A stretch of 64,000 nt of DNA from an uncultured Planctomycetota bacterium (GTDB lineage Bacteria > Planctomycetota > Planctomycetia > Pirellulales > Lacipirellulaceae): contig CAVRBU010000001.1 in assembly GCA_963719315.1 (NCBI GenBank), forward strand, positions 288,001-352,000, written 5' to 3'. Position numbers and translations under genes: made by a program. Shown here one piece after another: positions 11,383-23,266 of the stretch. Numbering within the stretch: the stretch's first letter is position 1; each line of letters begins with the position of its first letter. A model generated the notes under the pieces. That model did not search any database. It worked only from the letters and a program-made list of their open reading frames with translations, and was not told the origin of the DNA.

Positions 11383-13017
11383 ATGCAGAGTTCCAATGGT
11401 GGTCAGTCGGGTTCGAGCGGCAAATGGATGGCGCTCGCCGCCGCGCTGTTGGGCTGGCTGTTCGATGGCTTCGAGATGGGCATGTTTCCACTCGTCGGGC
11501 CGAAAGCGCTCGACGAATTGTTGACGGCCCAAGGTGTCAGCAGCTCTGCCGTGAATGGTTGGTTCGCCGTAATCATGGCGATGTTCTTGATTGGCGCGGC
11601 GACGGGCGGTGTAGTATTCGGCTGGTTGGGCGATCGCATTGGCCGCGTACGGGCGATGTCGCTGAGCATCCTGACCTACGCGATTTTCACTGGGCTGTGT
11701 GGCTTTGCCACACAGGCCTGGCACATCGCGGTGCTGCGATTCCTGGCCTCCCTCGGCATGGGCGGCGAATGGGCGCTCGGTGTCGCCCTCGTGATTGAAT
11801 TATGGTCCGACCGCTCGCGAGCATTTCTGGCGGGGCTCATTGGCGCTGCCGCCAACGTCGGCTATTTGCTCGTCGGTCTGATCAGCCTCTGGCTATTGAA
11901 CTTTATTGGGGTCTTTGGGAACTTGCTTCGCAATATCGGTATGTCGGAGGGCGTAGTTCAAGCGCTGCTTCGCAACGACGGTTGGCGGCTCATGATGATC
12001 GTCGGCGCTTTGCCGGCGCTGCTGGTGTTCTTCATCATGCGATTGGTGCCCGAGTCGCACAAATGGGAAGCCGAGCGCGACAAGGGTGCGACGTTGCACT
12101 GGGCTACGCGCGATTTGCTGGGTGTGTTGCTGGGAGCGATTGGCGCGGCGGCCGTCGTTTTCTTGTGGTCGCCTGTGTTCGAGGAGTTGGCGCATGGAAA
12201 AATAGTGGCCGCGAATGCTGGAGCGAGCGCGCTGCCTGTCTGGGCCAAAGCCATTCGCTTGTCGGGCTCCGCCGCCGGGCTGGCGATCGCGCTGGTGGGC
12301 TTTCTCTATCCTGTCGTGCGTTACCTGGGTCGGGCCGAGATTGCTGGAGACCTCGATGCCGGCGATCGAAGCCGCTGCATTCGACGATTGTTGCTCGGCG
12401 CGTCGTTGGCCGGCGTGGCGTTGTTGGGAACGTGGGGATCGCTGCAATGGGTGGCGAAATGGGCCATCTCGCTCGCGGAATTGCTGCCGGCCGATGGTCG
12501 CCCGTACTTTGCGAAAGAGTACGCAATGATATTTTCGGCGCTCGGCGCGATCGTGGGCACGATCTTGGCCGCCCTTTCCGGCGACTGGCTGGGCCGCCGC
12601 GTGACCTACACGCTCTTGTGCCTCGGTTCATTTGCGTCGCTGGTATTCATGTATCAAGCGAACCATATATATGGCGCGAAATTCTTGTGGTCGGTGTTCG
12701 CGGCGGGCGGCATAACGGCCTCGTTCTATGGTTGGTTTCCGTTGTATCTGCCGGAGTTGTTTCCAACGAGCATTCGCGCCACGAGCCAGGGTTTTGCGTA
12801 TAATTTTGGCCGCGTCATCGCGGCAGTCGGCACGCTGCAAACGGCCGCACTTACGGCCTGGTTCGCCGGCGGCATCGCGCAGGACCGCGTCGCGTTGGAA
12901 GCGTTTCCGAAGGCGGGCGCTTCGTTGGCCGCGATCTATCTCATTGGCGTATTCATCATTTGGCTGGGACCAGAGACAAAGGGCAAGCCGCTGCCCGAGC
13001 GGATGCGGGACATTTGA
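11383..13017 (+). CDS. MFS transporter
   Basis: GWLFDGFE, GWLGDRIGR, GMGGEW, PELFPT and LGPETKGK; many transmembrane segments. Confidence 0.92.
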   Translation: MQSSNGGQSGSSGKWMALAAALLGWLFDGFEMGMFPLVGPKALDELLTAQGVSSSAVNGWFAVIMAMFLIGAATGGVVFGWLGDRIGRVRAMSLSILTYAIFTGLCGFATQAWHIAVLRFLASLGMGGEWALGVALVIELWSDRSRAFLAGLIGAAANVGYLLVGLISLWLLNFIGVFGNLLRNIGMSEGVVQALLRNDGWRLMMIVGALPALLVFFIMRLVPESHKWEAERDKGATLHWATRDLLGVLLGAIGAAAVVFLWSPVFEELAHGKIVAANAGASALPVWAKAIRLSGSAAGLAIALVGFLYPVVRYLGRAEIAGDLDAGDRSRCIRRLLLGASLAGVALLGTWGSLQWVAKWAISLAELLPADGRPYFAKEYAMIFSALGAIVGTILAALSGDWLGRRVTYTLLCLGSFASLVFMYQANHIYGAKFLWSVFAAGGITASFYGWFPLYLPELFPTSIRATSQGFAYNFGRVIAAVGTLQTAALTAWFAGGIAQDRVALEAFPKAGASLAAIYLIGVFIIWLGPETKGKPLPERMRDI

Positions 13018-13125
13018 AGTCGAGAGTGCATCGTCAAACTCTTGCGTCTGGTGGGCGAAGAACGCGGCAGCAGTTAACAAGTTCGCCCCGCAAGCCACCC
13101 GAGTGAAAACGGGCAAGGAATTCAT

Positions 13126-16100
13126 TTACTTGCCAGCGGTGTTTTTCAAGAACACCACAAGGTCGGCCAACTCTTGCGGTGTCAATTGTTTGTCGAGGCC
13201 GGCCGGCATGATGGAAACTCGGCTCGGCTGCATCTGATCGACCTCGGCCCGCGGCACGCGCACGGTTTGATCGGGGCCGGTCGCGACCACGTACTCTTCG
13301 GTAGATTCGTCGCGAATGACGCCATTGATCGATTTTCCGTCTGCGGTGACGATCAGCATCGGTTCGTAACTGCGAACGAAACTCAGGCTCGGGAACAGGA
13401 TCGATTCGAGCAGGTCGCGTTCGGTACGAGTCTGGCCGACGTGTGTCAGCTCCGGTCCGGTCGTGCCGCCGCCATAACCGAGGCGATGGCACGATGAGCA
13501 GGCGGCCTTTGCGCTATAAAACACGGCATGGCCGCGGCGGACGTCTCCCTTGGCGAGCAGCGGCAATAGCTCTTCGATGCGTTCGCGCTGCGCGGCGGCG
13601 TCGACATTGACCAGCGATTCGATTTGCGCGATCGCCTGCTGCACGCTGGGGCCATATTTGGCCAGCGCTTTGCGCAGCAGATCGATCCGCACGGAAGACG
13701 CCGCCGCCGATTCCTTGAGCGATGCGATCAGCTTCAAACCCAATTGCTCATCGTTAGACCGTTCGAACGGTTGGAACAACCGGTTCAATTCCAACGGCCC
13801 CGCCGCATGAACGGCGTCGCACAGGCGATCGAGTTGGGACGTGCTCAAATGCGACTTATTGATCGCGTCGGCAGCGGCCGACCGCAACGATACCGCGCCG
13901 TCGTTCGAAAGCGCCTGCTCCAACAATAGGAACTGCGCGTCGCTTAGTTCGCCGACGTGGTCGGCAATAATGGATAGCGCTTCGACTCGAAGGTCGATGG
14001 GGAAATGTGGCGAATCGGCGATATTGGCCAACGACTGTGTTAGGTCGGCGTTGGCAGCGGCCTTGGGCGGAAATGTACGGGCGACTGCGATCGCGAGCGG
14101 CAATAGCGCGGGATCGGAGTCGTGGATGAGCTTGGTTTGGGCGGCGATCCACGAAGGAGGCGGTTGATGCAACTTCGCTTGAACCATTACGCGTAGGGCC
14201 AAAGCCCGCGCGTTGGGCGAAGAGTCGTGCGTCGTCGCGGCATCGGCCAATAGTCGTTCCACGGGCGGCTGGGAGCTGAACGCAACGAGCAACGTTTCAA
14301 GATTCGCCGCTGCCGTGCGGGCATCCTCACTTGAATTTCCGTTGGGCGCCAACTTCAACTGCGACTTCAACCATTCCGATAGTTCGCCGCCCCAGTCGGG
14401 ATGTTGCAAGATGACCCAGCGAGCAGTCTGGCGCAACGTGTCGTCGGCGGCGCCTAAATGCGGCATCACATCGGCGGGTTTGAGATCTCCGCCCGACATT
14501 TGATCGAGCGCAATGAGCGCGGCGGCGACCGTTTTGGGCGCTTTCGCAGTGAGCCCCTTGCGCGTCGCCCGCGGGTTGGCCAATTCGATAAGTGCGTAGA
14601 TGATGGAGTGCTGGAGCACGCGATCATCGGCCTTTTCGGCCGCTTCGAGCAGGAGCGGTATATCAAGTCGTTCGCCGAGGCGCCCAAATACTTCGGCAAG
14701 CACGCGGCGGATCGCTGGTGAGGGATCGTTCAATGCATGGACCATCAGCGCATGTTCCAAAATATGCGGATCACGATTCAGGCTAACTACTTGGAGAACG
14801 GCATGCCGGATATGCTCGCTCTCCGTTGAGAAAAACTCGTGCAGTAATAGCCGCGATTCCGGGCTTTCGATCTGTGCCAGCGTCCAGATGCGTGCTAGAG
14901 CATCAATCTCCGCTTTGGAATTGGTTCCGCCGACGGTTGCCGAAACTTCCGGGTGACGACTGCGAAGGAAATCCCGCATGTCGGGCGAATTACCGCGACG
15001 CAGGAACTCGCGGCTGGCTCGCAGGCGCACGGCTTGCCGATTGTCGGCATGAAGGGCCCAAAGCTGTTCGAGGGTTAGATGTGGCCAATCTATTTTCCGG
15101 CCGCGCGGGTCGGCGAGCGATTTCGCGCCAACCTTGCGCACGCGGTAAATGCCGCCCAGCACGTCGGGCTTCCAGAGTTGCGACGTGGGGCAACAGAGCT
15201 TGTACCAACCGCCGGTGTCGATGACGAGCAGGCTGCCATCGGCGTCCACTTGCACGTCGGTTGGGTGGAAATCGACATTGTCGGACGAAACGAAATCGCT
15301 ATCTTCGCTTGTGAAGGTGCTGCCGGCCGGCTTTAAAATGTGTCGCGAGACTTTACGGAGGTTGAACTGACAAAGAAAGAAATTATCGCGATAATCGGCG
15401 CCGAAGACGTCGGAGTCATAGCGCTCCAAGCCGCATGGGGCGGCCGGGCTCATAAGGTCGAAGACAGGCATGAGTTCGCCGGTGCGCGGGTGGCCGGCAA
15501 GCGCACCATTTTCCTTGCCGTAAACGCCGCCGTAGATGGCGTGCGCCAAACCATCGCGCCGGGGATTGCTGGCGAAAAACGTCCCGGAAAGGATGCGTTC
15601 GCCATCGGGCGTGAAGGCCACGTCGACCGGATTATCCATTCCGCTCGTGAACACAGGTTCCAAGCCGGCGCCATCGGGGCGGCAGCGAAAGATGTGGGCC
15701 GCTTTGGTTTTCCACTCATGTCCGTTGATCGTGTGCGTTTGTTCGGCGAATGCCCCTTTGCACCAGTAAATCCAGCCATCCGGACCAGCGAAGGGGCCGT
15801 GTAAATCGTTCGCGCAGCCGGTGAGCGTTTTGCCCTGAAACCACTCGACGCGCTCGTCGGCGACGCCGTCGCCATCGCGGTCGGTTAGTTTCCAGATGCT
15901 AGGCGCGGCCGAGACGTACAACGAGCCGTCGAAAAACATCGCGCCTTCGGGGAACATCATGTGGTCGGCGAATACCGTGCGGCGGTCGAATTTGCCGTCG
16001 CCATCGGTGTCTTCCAGCCGCACGATGCGATGCGGTTTATCTTCCAACTGCTTCTGGACCGGGTCGTTCGAACCGGAGGATTCGGCGACGTAGAGCCGGC

Positions 16101-16287
16101 CTTCGTCATCGAACGCAGCGACGATCGGCCGTTCCACCAACGGCGGCCCGGCGGCCAGGTCGATCGAGAAGCCGTCTGGGACTTTCAGCGACGGCAACGG
16201 CGACGGCGCCTCCTGGACTGCGTCGCAGCAGTCAGCGGTAATGAGCGCGACAATTGTCGCGAGACAACGTGCAACGCGACTTATCAT
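13126..16287 (-). CDS. PVC-type heme-binding CxxCH protein (dehydrogenase-like propeller, HEAT repeats, C-terminal cytochrome c)
   Basis: Signal peptide, VPDGFSIDLAAGPPLVERP, EDTDGDGKFD, CSSCHRLG...GPELT...SIMPAGL. Confidence 0.88.
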   Translation of the reverse strand: MISRVARCLATIVALITADCCDAVQEAPSPLPSLKVPDGFSIDLAAGPPLVERPIVAAFDDEGRLYVAESSGSNDPVQKQLEDKPHRIVRLEDTDGDGKFDRRTVFADHMMFPEGAMFFDGSLYVSAAPSIWKLTDRDGDGVADERVEWFQGKTLTGCANDLHGPFAGPDGWIYWCKGAFAEQTHTINGHEWKTKAAHIFRCRPDGAGLEPVFTSGMDNPVDVAFTPDGERILSGTFFASNPRRDGLAHAIYGGVYGKENGALAGHPRTGELMPVFDLMSPAAPCGLERYDSDVFGADYRDNFFLCQFNLRKVSRHILKPAGSTFTSEDSDFVSSDNVDFHPTDVQVDADGSLLVIDTGGWYKLCCPTSQLWKPDVLGGIYRVRKVGAKSLADPRGRKIDWPHLTLEQLWALHADNRQAVRLRASREFLRRGNSPDMRDFLRSRHPEVSATVGGTNSKAEIDALARIWTLAQIESPESRLLLHEFFSTESEHIRHAVLQVVSLNRDPHILEHALMVHALNDPSPAIRRVLAEVFGRLGERLDIPLLLEAAEKADDRVLQHSIIYALIELANPRATRKGLTAKAPKTVAAALIALDQMSGGDLKPADVMPHLGAADDTLRQTARWVILQHPDWGGELSEWLKSQLKLAPNGNSSEDARTAAANLETLLVAFSSQPPVERLLADAATTHDSSPNARALALRVMVQAKLHQPPPSWIAAQTKLIHDSDPALLPLAIAVARTFPPKAAANADLTQSLANIADSPHFPIDLRVEALSIIADHVGELSDAQFLLLEQALSNDGAVSLRSAAADAINKSHLSTSQLDRLCDAVHAAGPLELNRLFQPFERSNDEQLGLKLIASLKESAAASSVRIDLLRKALAKYGPSVQQAIAQIESLVNVDAAAQRERIEELLPLLAKGDVRRGHAVFYSAKAACSSCHRLGYGGGTTGPELTHVGQTRTERDLLESILFPSLSFVRSYEPMLIVTADGKSINGVIRDESTEEYVVATGPDQTVRVPRAEVDQMQPSRVSIMPAGLDKQLTPQELADLVVFLKNTAGK

Positions 16288-16398
16288 GCCGCAGACTCCA
16301 ACGATGCTTAACGAAGGGCGTCGTTCGAGTATACCGCAAGCCAGACGATTTTTCAGCCCCCCCCCGCAGTGTCGTCCGTTCGCGGATCGGGCGGTCTA

Positions 16399-17143
16399 CA
16401 CTATTTCACATTGGCCGCTTCGAGCGTGACGTTGTGTTGCTTGGCGTTGCGGCCCTGGTGTTGGACGATCTCGTACAGCAGGTCTTTCTTGGCGCCAGGC
16501 GTGACTTCCGCGGTGAATTGAGCCGTCTGGAAGTCGAACTGGGTCGGCTCAAGCTGGCTGCGGAAGAGAACGTGCCCGTCGAAGCTGCGGCGGATTTCAA
16601 CGTCGATCGGTTTCGATGTGTAGTTGCGGATTTGTTGGCGGTAGAGGCTGTGGTCGTCCCAGCCGACGACGCTCATGTTGGGCTCGGTGATCGCGGCATC
16701 GCCGCCGACTTCCTTGAATGTGTTGGTGCCGTGGACCTGCATCCAGATATGATCGCGCAATGCCCGCATTTTGGTGAGATTGAACACGACTTCGGGATCG
16801 GGTCCCAGGTTGAGCTCGATCTTGTCGCCGATGGGAATGTACTTGATGTTCTGTTGCGTAAGGTAGGAGAGGCCGTCGCGGCCGTTGTTGCGGAAGACGC
16901 GGACCATGCCGTCGGGCAAGGGCGTGGTGCCGAGCTTCGACTCGGTGTTGTTGGTCATCAGATACATCCGCACCAATTGGTCGCCGTACTCCTTGGGGCG
17001 ATAGCGATACTGAATCTTGAGCGGCACGGAGTTGCCTTCGAAGCTCCGCATCCGCTTGGACCAGCCGTTGGGGATCGTTTCAGTGCCTTCCACCGTGTAG
17101 ATGAAGTATTCGCTCAGGCCTTCTTTGATGATCGCCTTTTCTT
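16399..17143. repeat. ~745-bp direct repeat, copy 1 (3' half of DUF4139 C)
   Basis: Matches 17877-18621 at offset 1478; no differences seen by eye. Confidence 0.85.
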
Positions 17144-17822
17144 TAGCGGCATCCAGCGACCCGGACGAACTTTCCCCGCCAGCGCGGCCGCCTAGCGCCA
17201 TGCCAAACGCTTGGCCGCGAAATTCGTGAAACGCCCCGTCGGAAAGTTGCCCGACCTCGCTCATCGGAACCTTAGCCAACTGGGCAATTTTTTCGACGAG
17301 ATTAATCGTTCCGACAACGAGTCGGACCTGGGCGTTCTCGTATTCCTCGCCGCTGTTGTTGGTGACGCGGACGAAGCCGTCGATGTTGAGTGTGCTCTCG
17401 TCCTTGTCGGCGATCGCGATGTAATCGGCGCTCCAGGTGATGCCGCTGGTGAAGTACGTGATCTGGATCGTGGCTTCGCCGTCGAGTTCACTCTTCACGT
17501 TCCAATACAGCATCTGCGGCTTGTCGTGCGGAAATGTCGTGTCTTCGACAACCAACTGATCGGCGGAGGTGAGAAACTTCAATTCGACTGAGGATGGATC
17601 GATAAGTGTGTTGGCCCACGAAAATTGCAACGGATTCGCGCCCTTCTTGAACGTGACGACGCGTGTCTCGCGGACGAGCGTGATATCTTCGCTGTTGTAG
17701 ATCGTGAGTTGCACGGTGTCGCGTTTGGGGACCGTCGATAGATCGACGTTCTCTGCGCGGGCAACCTGGCAAACGATCAAAGCGAGGACCAATACTAGGA
17801 TTTTACGCATGACGTTTTGCAT
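16401..17822 (-). CDS. DUF4139 domain secreted protein, paralogue C
   Basis: Signal peptide, VQLTIYNS, GITWSADY and TPLPDGMVRVF; C-terminal half identical to paralogue B. Confidence 0.8.
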   Translation of the reverse strand: MQNVMRKILVLVLALIVCQVARAENVDLSTVPKRDTVQLTIYNSEDITLVRETRVVTFKKGANPLQFSWANTLIDPSSVELKFLTSADQLVVEDTTFPHDKPQMLYWNVKSELDGEATIQITYFTSGITWSADYIAIADKDESTLNIDGFVRVTNNSGEEYENAQVRLVVGTINLVEKIAQLAKVPMSEVGQLSDGAFHEFRGQAFGMALGGRAGGESSSGSLDAAKEKAIIKEGLSEYFIYTVEGTETIPNGWSKRMRSFEGNSVPLKIQYRYRPKEYGDQLVRMYLMTNNTESKLGTTPLPDGMVRVFRNNGRDGLSYLTQQNIKYIPIGDKIELNLGPDPEVVFNLTKMRALRDHIWMQVHGTNTFKEVGGDAAITEPNMSVVGWDDHSLYRQQIRNYTSKPIDVEIRRSFDGHVLFRSQLEPTQFDFQTAQFTAEVTPGAKKDLLYEIVQHQGRNAKQHNVTLEAANVK

Positions 17823-17876
17823 CGTGGCGATGCACCCTTACCCTGCCCTCTCCCGGAGGGAGGGAGTTCTAGGAAT

Positions 17877-18621
17877 CACTATTTCACATTGGCCGCTTCG
17901 AGCGTGACGTTGTGTTGCTTGGCGTTGCGGCCCTGGTGTTGGACGATCTCGTACAGCAGGTCTTTCTTGGCGCCAGGCGTGACTTCCGCGGTGAATTGAG
18001 CCGTCTGGAAGTCGAACTGGGTCGGCTCAAGCTGGCTGCGGAAGAGAACGTGCCCGTCGAAGCTGCGGCGGATTTCAACGTCGATCGGTTTCGATGTGTA
18101 GTTGCGGATTTGTTGGCGGTAGAGGCTGTGGTCGTCCCAGCCGACGACGCTCATGTTGGGCTCGGTGATCGCGGCATCGCCGCCGACTTCCTTGAATGTG
18201 TTGGTGCCGTGGACCTGCATCCAGATATGATCGCGCAATGCCCGCATTTTGGTGAGATTGAACACGACTTCGGGATCGGGTCCCAGGTTGAGCTCGATCT
18301 TGTCGCCGATGGGAATGTACTTGATGTTCTGTTGCGTAAGGTAGGAGAGGCCGTCGCGGCCGTTGTTGCGGAAGACGCGGACCATGCCGTCGGGCAAGGG
18401 CGTGGTGCCGAGCTTCGACTCGGTGTTGTTGGTCATCAGATACATCCGCACCAATTGGTCGCCGTACTCCTTGGGGCGATAGCGATACTGAATCTTGAGC
18501 GGCACGGAGTTGCCTTCGAAGCTCCGCATCCGCTTGGACCAGCCGTTGGGGATCGTTTCAGTGCCTTCCACCGTGTAGATGAAGTATTCGCTCAGGCCTT
18601 CTTTGATGATCGCCTTTTCTT
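17877..18621. repeat. ~745-bp direct repeat, copy 2 (3' half of DUF4139 B)
   Basis: Matches 16399-17143. Confidence 0.85.
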
Positions 18622-19303
18622 CCATCGGTGCTGGCTCCGCGGCCGGCACCCCAGCAACACGTGAAAAGCGGTCCATGGCCTTCGCGGCAACATCGCGGCG
18701 CAAGCGGCCCAGGTTTTCCTTTTCCAACTTGTTTACTTCGTCCATTGGCACATTTGCCAACTGGGCGATTTTCTCGACCAAGTTGATCGTACCGACGACG
18801 AGTCGGACTTGGGCGTCTTCGTATTCCTCGCCGCTGTTGTTGGTGACGCGGACGAAGCCATCGATGTTGAGTGTGCTCTCGTCGTTGTCGGCGATCGCGA
18901 TGTAATCGGCGCTCCAGGTGATGCCGCTCGTGAAGTACGTGATCTGGATCGTGGCCTCGCCGTCGAGCGCGCTTTTCACGTTCCAGTAGAGCATCTGCCG
19001 TTTGTCGTGCGGGAAGGTCGTATCGAGCACATCGAGCTTATCCGCCGACGTGAGGAACTTTAGCTCGACCGACGACGGGTCGATAAGCGTGTTGGCCCAC
19101 GAGAATTGCAACGGATTCGCGCCCTTCTTAAACGTGACGACGCGTGTCTCGCGGACGAGCGTGATATCTTCGCTGTTGTAGATCGTGAGCTGGACGGTAT
19201 CGCGCTTGGGAACGGTCGATAGATCGACGTTCTCCGACCGGGCCGATTCGCAGGCGGTGATCGCCGCTATTATTCCGACCAAGTAGCGTGAGAGAGTTTT
19301 CAT
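17879..19303 (-). CDS. DUF4139 domain secreted protein, paralogue B (start 19303 or 19318)
   Basis: Same architecture as paralogue C, with a different signal peptide and central linker. Confidence 0.8.
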   Translation of the reverse strand: MKTLSRYLVGIIAAITACESARSENVDLSTVPKRDTVQLTIYNSEDITLVRETRVVTFKKGANPLQFSWANTLIDPSSVELKFLTSADKLDVLDTTFPHDKRQMLYWNVKSALDGEATIQITYFTSGITWSADYIAIADNDESTLNIDGFVRVTNNSGEEYEDAQVRLVVGTINLVEKIAQLANVPMDEVNKLEKENLGRLRRDVAAKAMDRFSRVAGVPAAEPAPMEEKAIIKEGLSEYFIYTVEGTETIPNGWSKRMRSFEGNSVPLKIQYRYRPKEYGDQLVRMYLMTNNTESKLGTTPLPDGMVRVFRNNGRDGLSYLTQQNIKYIPIGDKIELNLGPDPEVVFNLTKMRALRDHIWMQVHGTNTFKEVGGDAAITEPNMSVVGWDDHSLYRQQIRNYTSKPIDVEIRRSFDGHVLFRSQLEPTQFDFQTAQFTAEVTPGAKKDLLYEIVQHQGRNAKQHNVTLEAANVK

Positions 19304-19307
19304 CGGA

Positions 19308-20551
19308 TTACCATTCATTTTTGAGAGTCAGATGTAGTTTGTGAACGATCTTCTGGGCCTTGCCGTTGGCGTCGGCCGGCGGCAGCTTGACGTGGAAGAC
19401 GAGCTGGTCGGCGGTGCTGCGTTCGGGGTCTGGGCCACCTTCGAACGTGGTGTCATTGCCGAGCTTCCAATCGACATCGCGGCCCGTGTCGCCGCGTGTT
19501 TCGTTGCGGATGTAACGGAGGTTTTCAATAACGTCGAGCGTAACCGGCTCTTTCTTGAAGTTTTCGATTTCGTATTTGAAGACCACGTCGTAATTGAATA
19601 AATTGCCGGCGACCCGCTTCATGTCGTTCTTGTCTTTCGTGCGTTTGACGACGATGTCCTGGGCGACACCGAGGTAGAGCCGCATCTCATCATCCTTGGG
19701 TGTGAATTTACCCCAGTCCTCCCCCAGAAAGGCGGTGGAAGCCTGGGCGTTTTCGCCGGTGCCCTCGATGAAGATGCGAACCTTGCCGTAAGGTAACGCC
19801 GCCTTGCCCAGGCCATGCGCGGGATCGTTTTTGATGACGTAGTGGATCGGCACGCGAAGCTTGTTTTGGGCGCGATCCAGGTAGTCGAATTCCTGCGGGT
19901 TGCAAGTGTATGTTTTCTGAATCGGAACGGCGCCGAACTTTTCGACGAGCATCTCTTTGGTCTCATTGAGGCCGATCGGCTTTTGGAATCGCGGGCCAAA
20001 GCCGGCCCACACGCCGGTTTCGCGGAATTCCTCGTTGGCGAGATTGTTGATCCGCATGTATTGGGCAAGCATCAGCTTCTTTTCGTCGTACGACGCAACG
20101 GCCCGGTAGTTGAAACTCTTGGTCAGATTTCCAAGCAGGTAGCTGATCCGCACACGGGCCGAACCCGAGGCGCTGCGCCGACCGTCCACACCAGCGAGGC
20201 CTCGTTGGGCGGGTAGCTGACGGAGACGACTTTCACATCGAGTTTCTCCTTCCCGGCCGGGCCGACGACGCGGAATACGATCGTGTTCGGGTCGATTTGC
20301 GTATTGGCCCAAGAGAAGTCGACCTGATTCTCGCCCTTGACGAGCGGCACGATCCGTTCTTCCTCGACGAGCGTCGCATTCGGATTATCAAGCTGGATTT
20401 CCACGCGCTCGCGGACCGGAAGCGTGATGAGTTTCACGCGGGCGGAGGCGGCTGAGGTGTAAAGAAATACGAGTGCGACGAGCGTCAGCAGCATGCCCGC
20501 TGAGCGAGCGACGGAAAGATGGTTTAGGTAGTTGCGCATACGGATACCCAT
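19308..20551 (-). CDS. DUF4139-like secreted protein, divergent paralogue A (apparent frameshift ~20175)
   Basis: ORFs 20123-20551 and 19308-20312 join. Shared motifs with B/C: FSWANTQIDP and ALPYGKVRIF. Confidence 0.7.
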
Positions 20552-20770
20552 GAGAATTTCGACGGAAAACGGTTGTTCGCAGGTTAGACGCGGCCGTGTT
20601 GGGAAAGTTCCAGCATTTTGTAGAGCAAGATAGTAGGCACGCGCCGCCAGCCGTATCTGAAGTGGTTCTCCTTTTGGAACTGCATGGCAGCGGTGTATTT
20701 TGGCTCTGCATCGGCACGCGGAGCGTGCCTGTTACAGTGCGTCTGGCCGCTTGCCGGATTCGCCCTTATA

Positions 20771-21621
20771 ATGCGGTCTGTCATGCGAATCGGGGCTGTC
20801 AACTATCTGAATAGCAAGCCGCTAGTCTACGGCTTGCAAGAACTTGCACCGATTCACGAATCATTTTCGATCTGCCAAGTCGGTTGGCCGATACCCTTTC
20901 CGCCGGTCGGCTGGATGTGGCGCTCATTCCGTCGGTGGAGTTCTTTCGCACGCCGGGGCTTCGAGTTGTATCGGATGCTTGCGTGGCCTGCCGGGGGCCG
21001 GTACTGAGTGTGAAACTGCATTTTCGCGTGCCGCCGAAGGAGGTGCGGCGCGTGGCGTTGGATGAGGGTTCGCGGACGAGCGCGGCGCTCACGCAGATTC
21101 TGCTGGCCGAAATGTGCGACGTGCGGCCGGAATGGGAGCCGTTGCCGATCGGGTGCGGCGCGGAAACAACCGATGCGGATGCGGTGTTGCTGATCGGGGA
21201 TCGGGCGATTTCAAACGGCGAGTGGGGAGTGGGGAGTGGGGAGTGCGGAAGTACGAAACATTATGGGGTCTGGGACTTGGGCGAGCAGTGGAGCGCTTGG
21301 ACGGGATTGCCGTTTGTGTTTGCGCTGTGGATTGGGCGCGACGGAGCTAATATGAGCGAAATGGCCGGCGCGTTGGGCGGGGCTCGGGATCAGGGGGTTC
21401 GGCAATTGGATGAAATTGCCGAACGCGAAGGGCCGCTTGTGGGAGTGTCCGTGGATTTGGCGAAGACGTATTTGCGGGACAATTTGCATTTCACGATGGG
21501 TGCCAAGGAGCGTGAGGGGCTGCAAAGGTTTTACGAATTGTGTGTTGCGCATGGATTGGCACCGAGCGGATTGGAAGGTGTTTTGAAGGGCGTGGGGAAG
21601 GTTAAAGCGTGTCGGAAGTAG
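20771..21621 (+). CDS. mqnA: Chorismate dehydratase MqnA (apparent frameshift ~20865)
   Basis: RIGAVNYLNSKPL in the upstream frame, then DVALIPS, LDEGSRTS, LLIGDRA and WTGLPFVFALW; adjacent to mqnC. Confidence 0.85.
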
Positions 21622-21666
21622 ATTCGCCCTGGCGGCTGATGCCAAACGGCGATTGAATTCAAGATT

Positions 21667-22881
<1,215 letters not shown>

Positions 22882-22916
22882 CGCGAAGAAGGGTCCGTGG
22901 TAGAATCGGTGTAAGC

Positions 22917-22925
22917 TGTTATAAT
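22917..22925 (+). promoter_or_regulatory. Extended -10 promoter candidate for the Uma2 gene
   Basis: TGTTATAAT, then GGAG before the ATG at 22946. Confidence 0.45.
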
Positions 22926-23266
22926 GCGAGCTGGAGAAGTTCCATATGGCGACTGTTCCCGATCGACCAACGTCCCCCTCCGAGCCTCAGCCAGCCTGGG
23001 ATGTGGCGCTTCTCTATCCGAGCCAGGGCGATTGGAGCGAATTCGAATATCTTGCACTAGACACCAATCGTTTGGTGGAATTGATTGACGGCAATCTGAA
23101 AGTATTGCCCATGCCAACTATTTCTCATCAGCAAATCGTCGTTTTCCTGCTCGAAATACTCAAGAGGTTCGTCACGAAGCGGCAACTCGGAACCGTACTA
23201 ATCGCACCGTTGCCCATGCGGATCCGCGACAGAACATACCGCGAGCCGGATGTGATTTGTTTTTCC

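Noticed and set aside
16399..18621. Diversity-generating retroelement TR/VR pair or shufflon
   Set aside because: The repeat copies look identical rather than adenine-variable, are direct rather than inverted, and there is no reverse transcriptase or invertase nearby.
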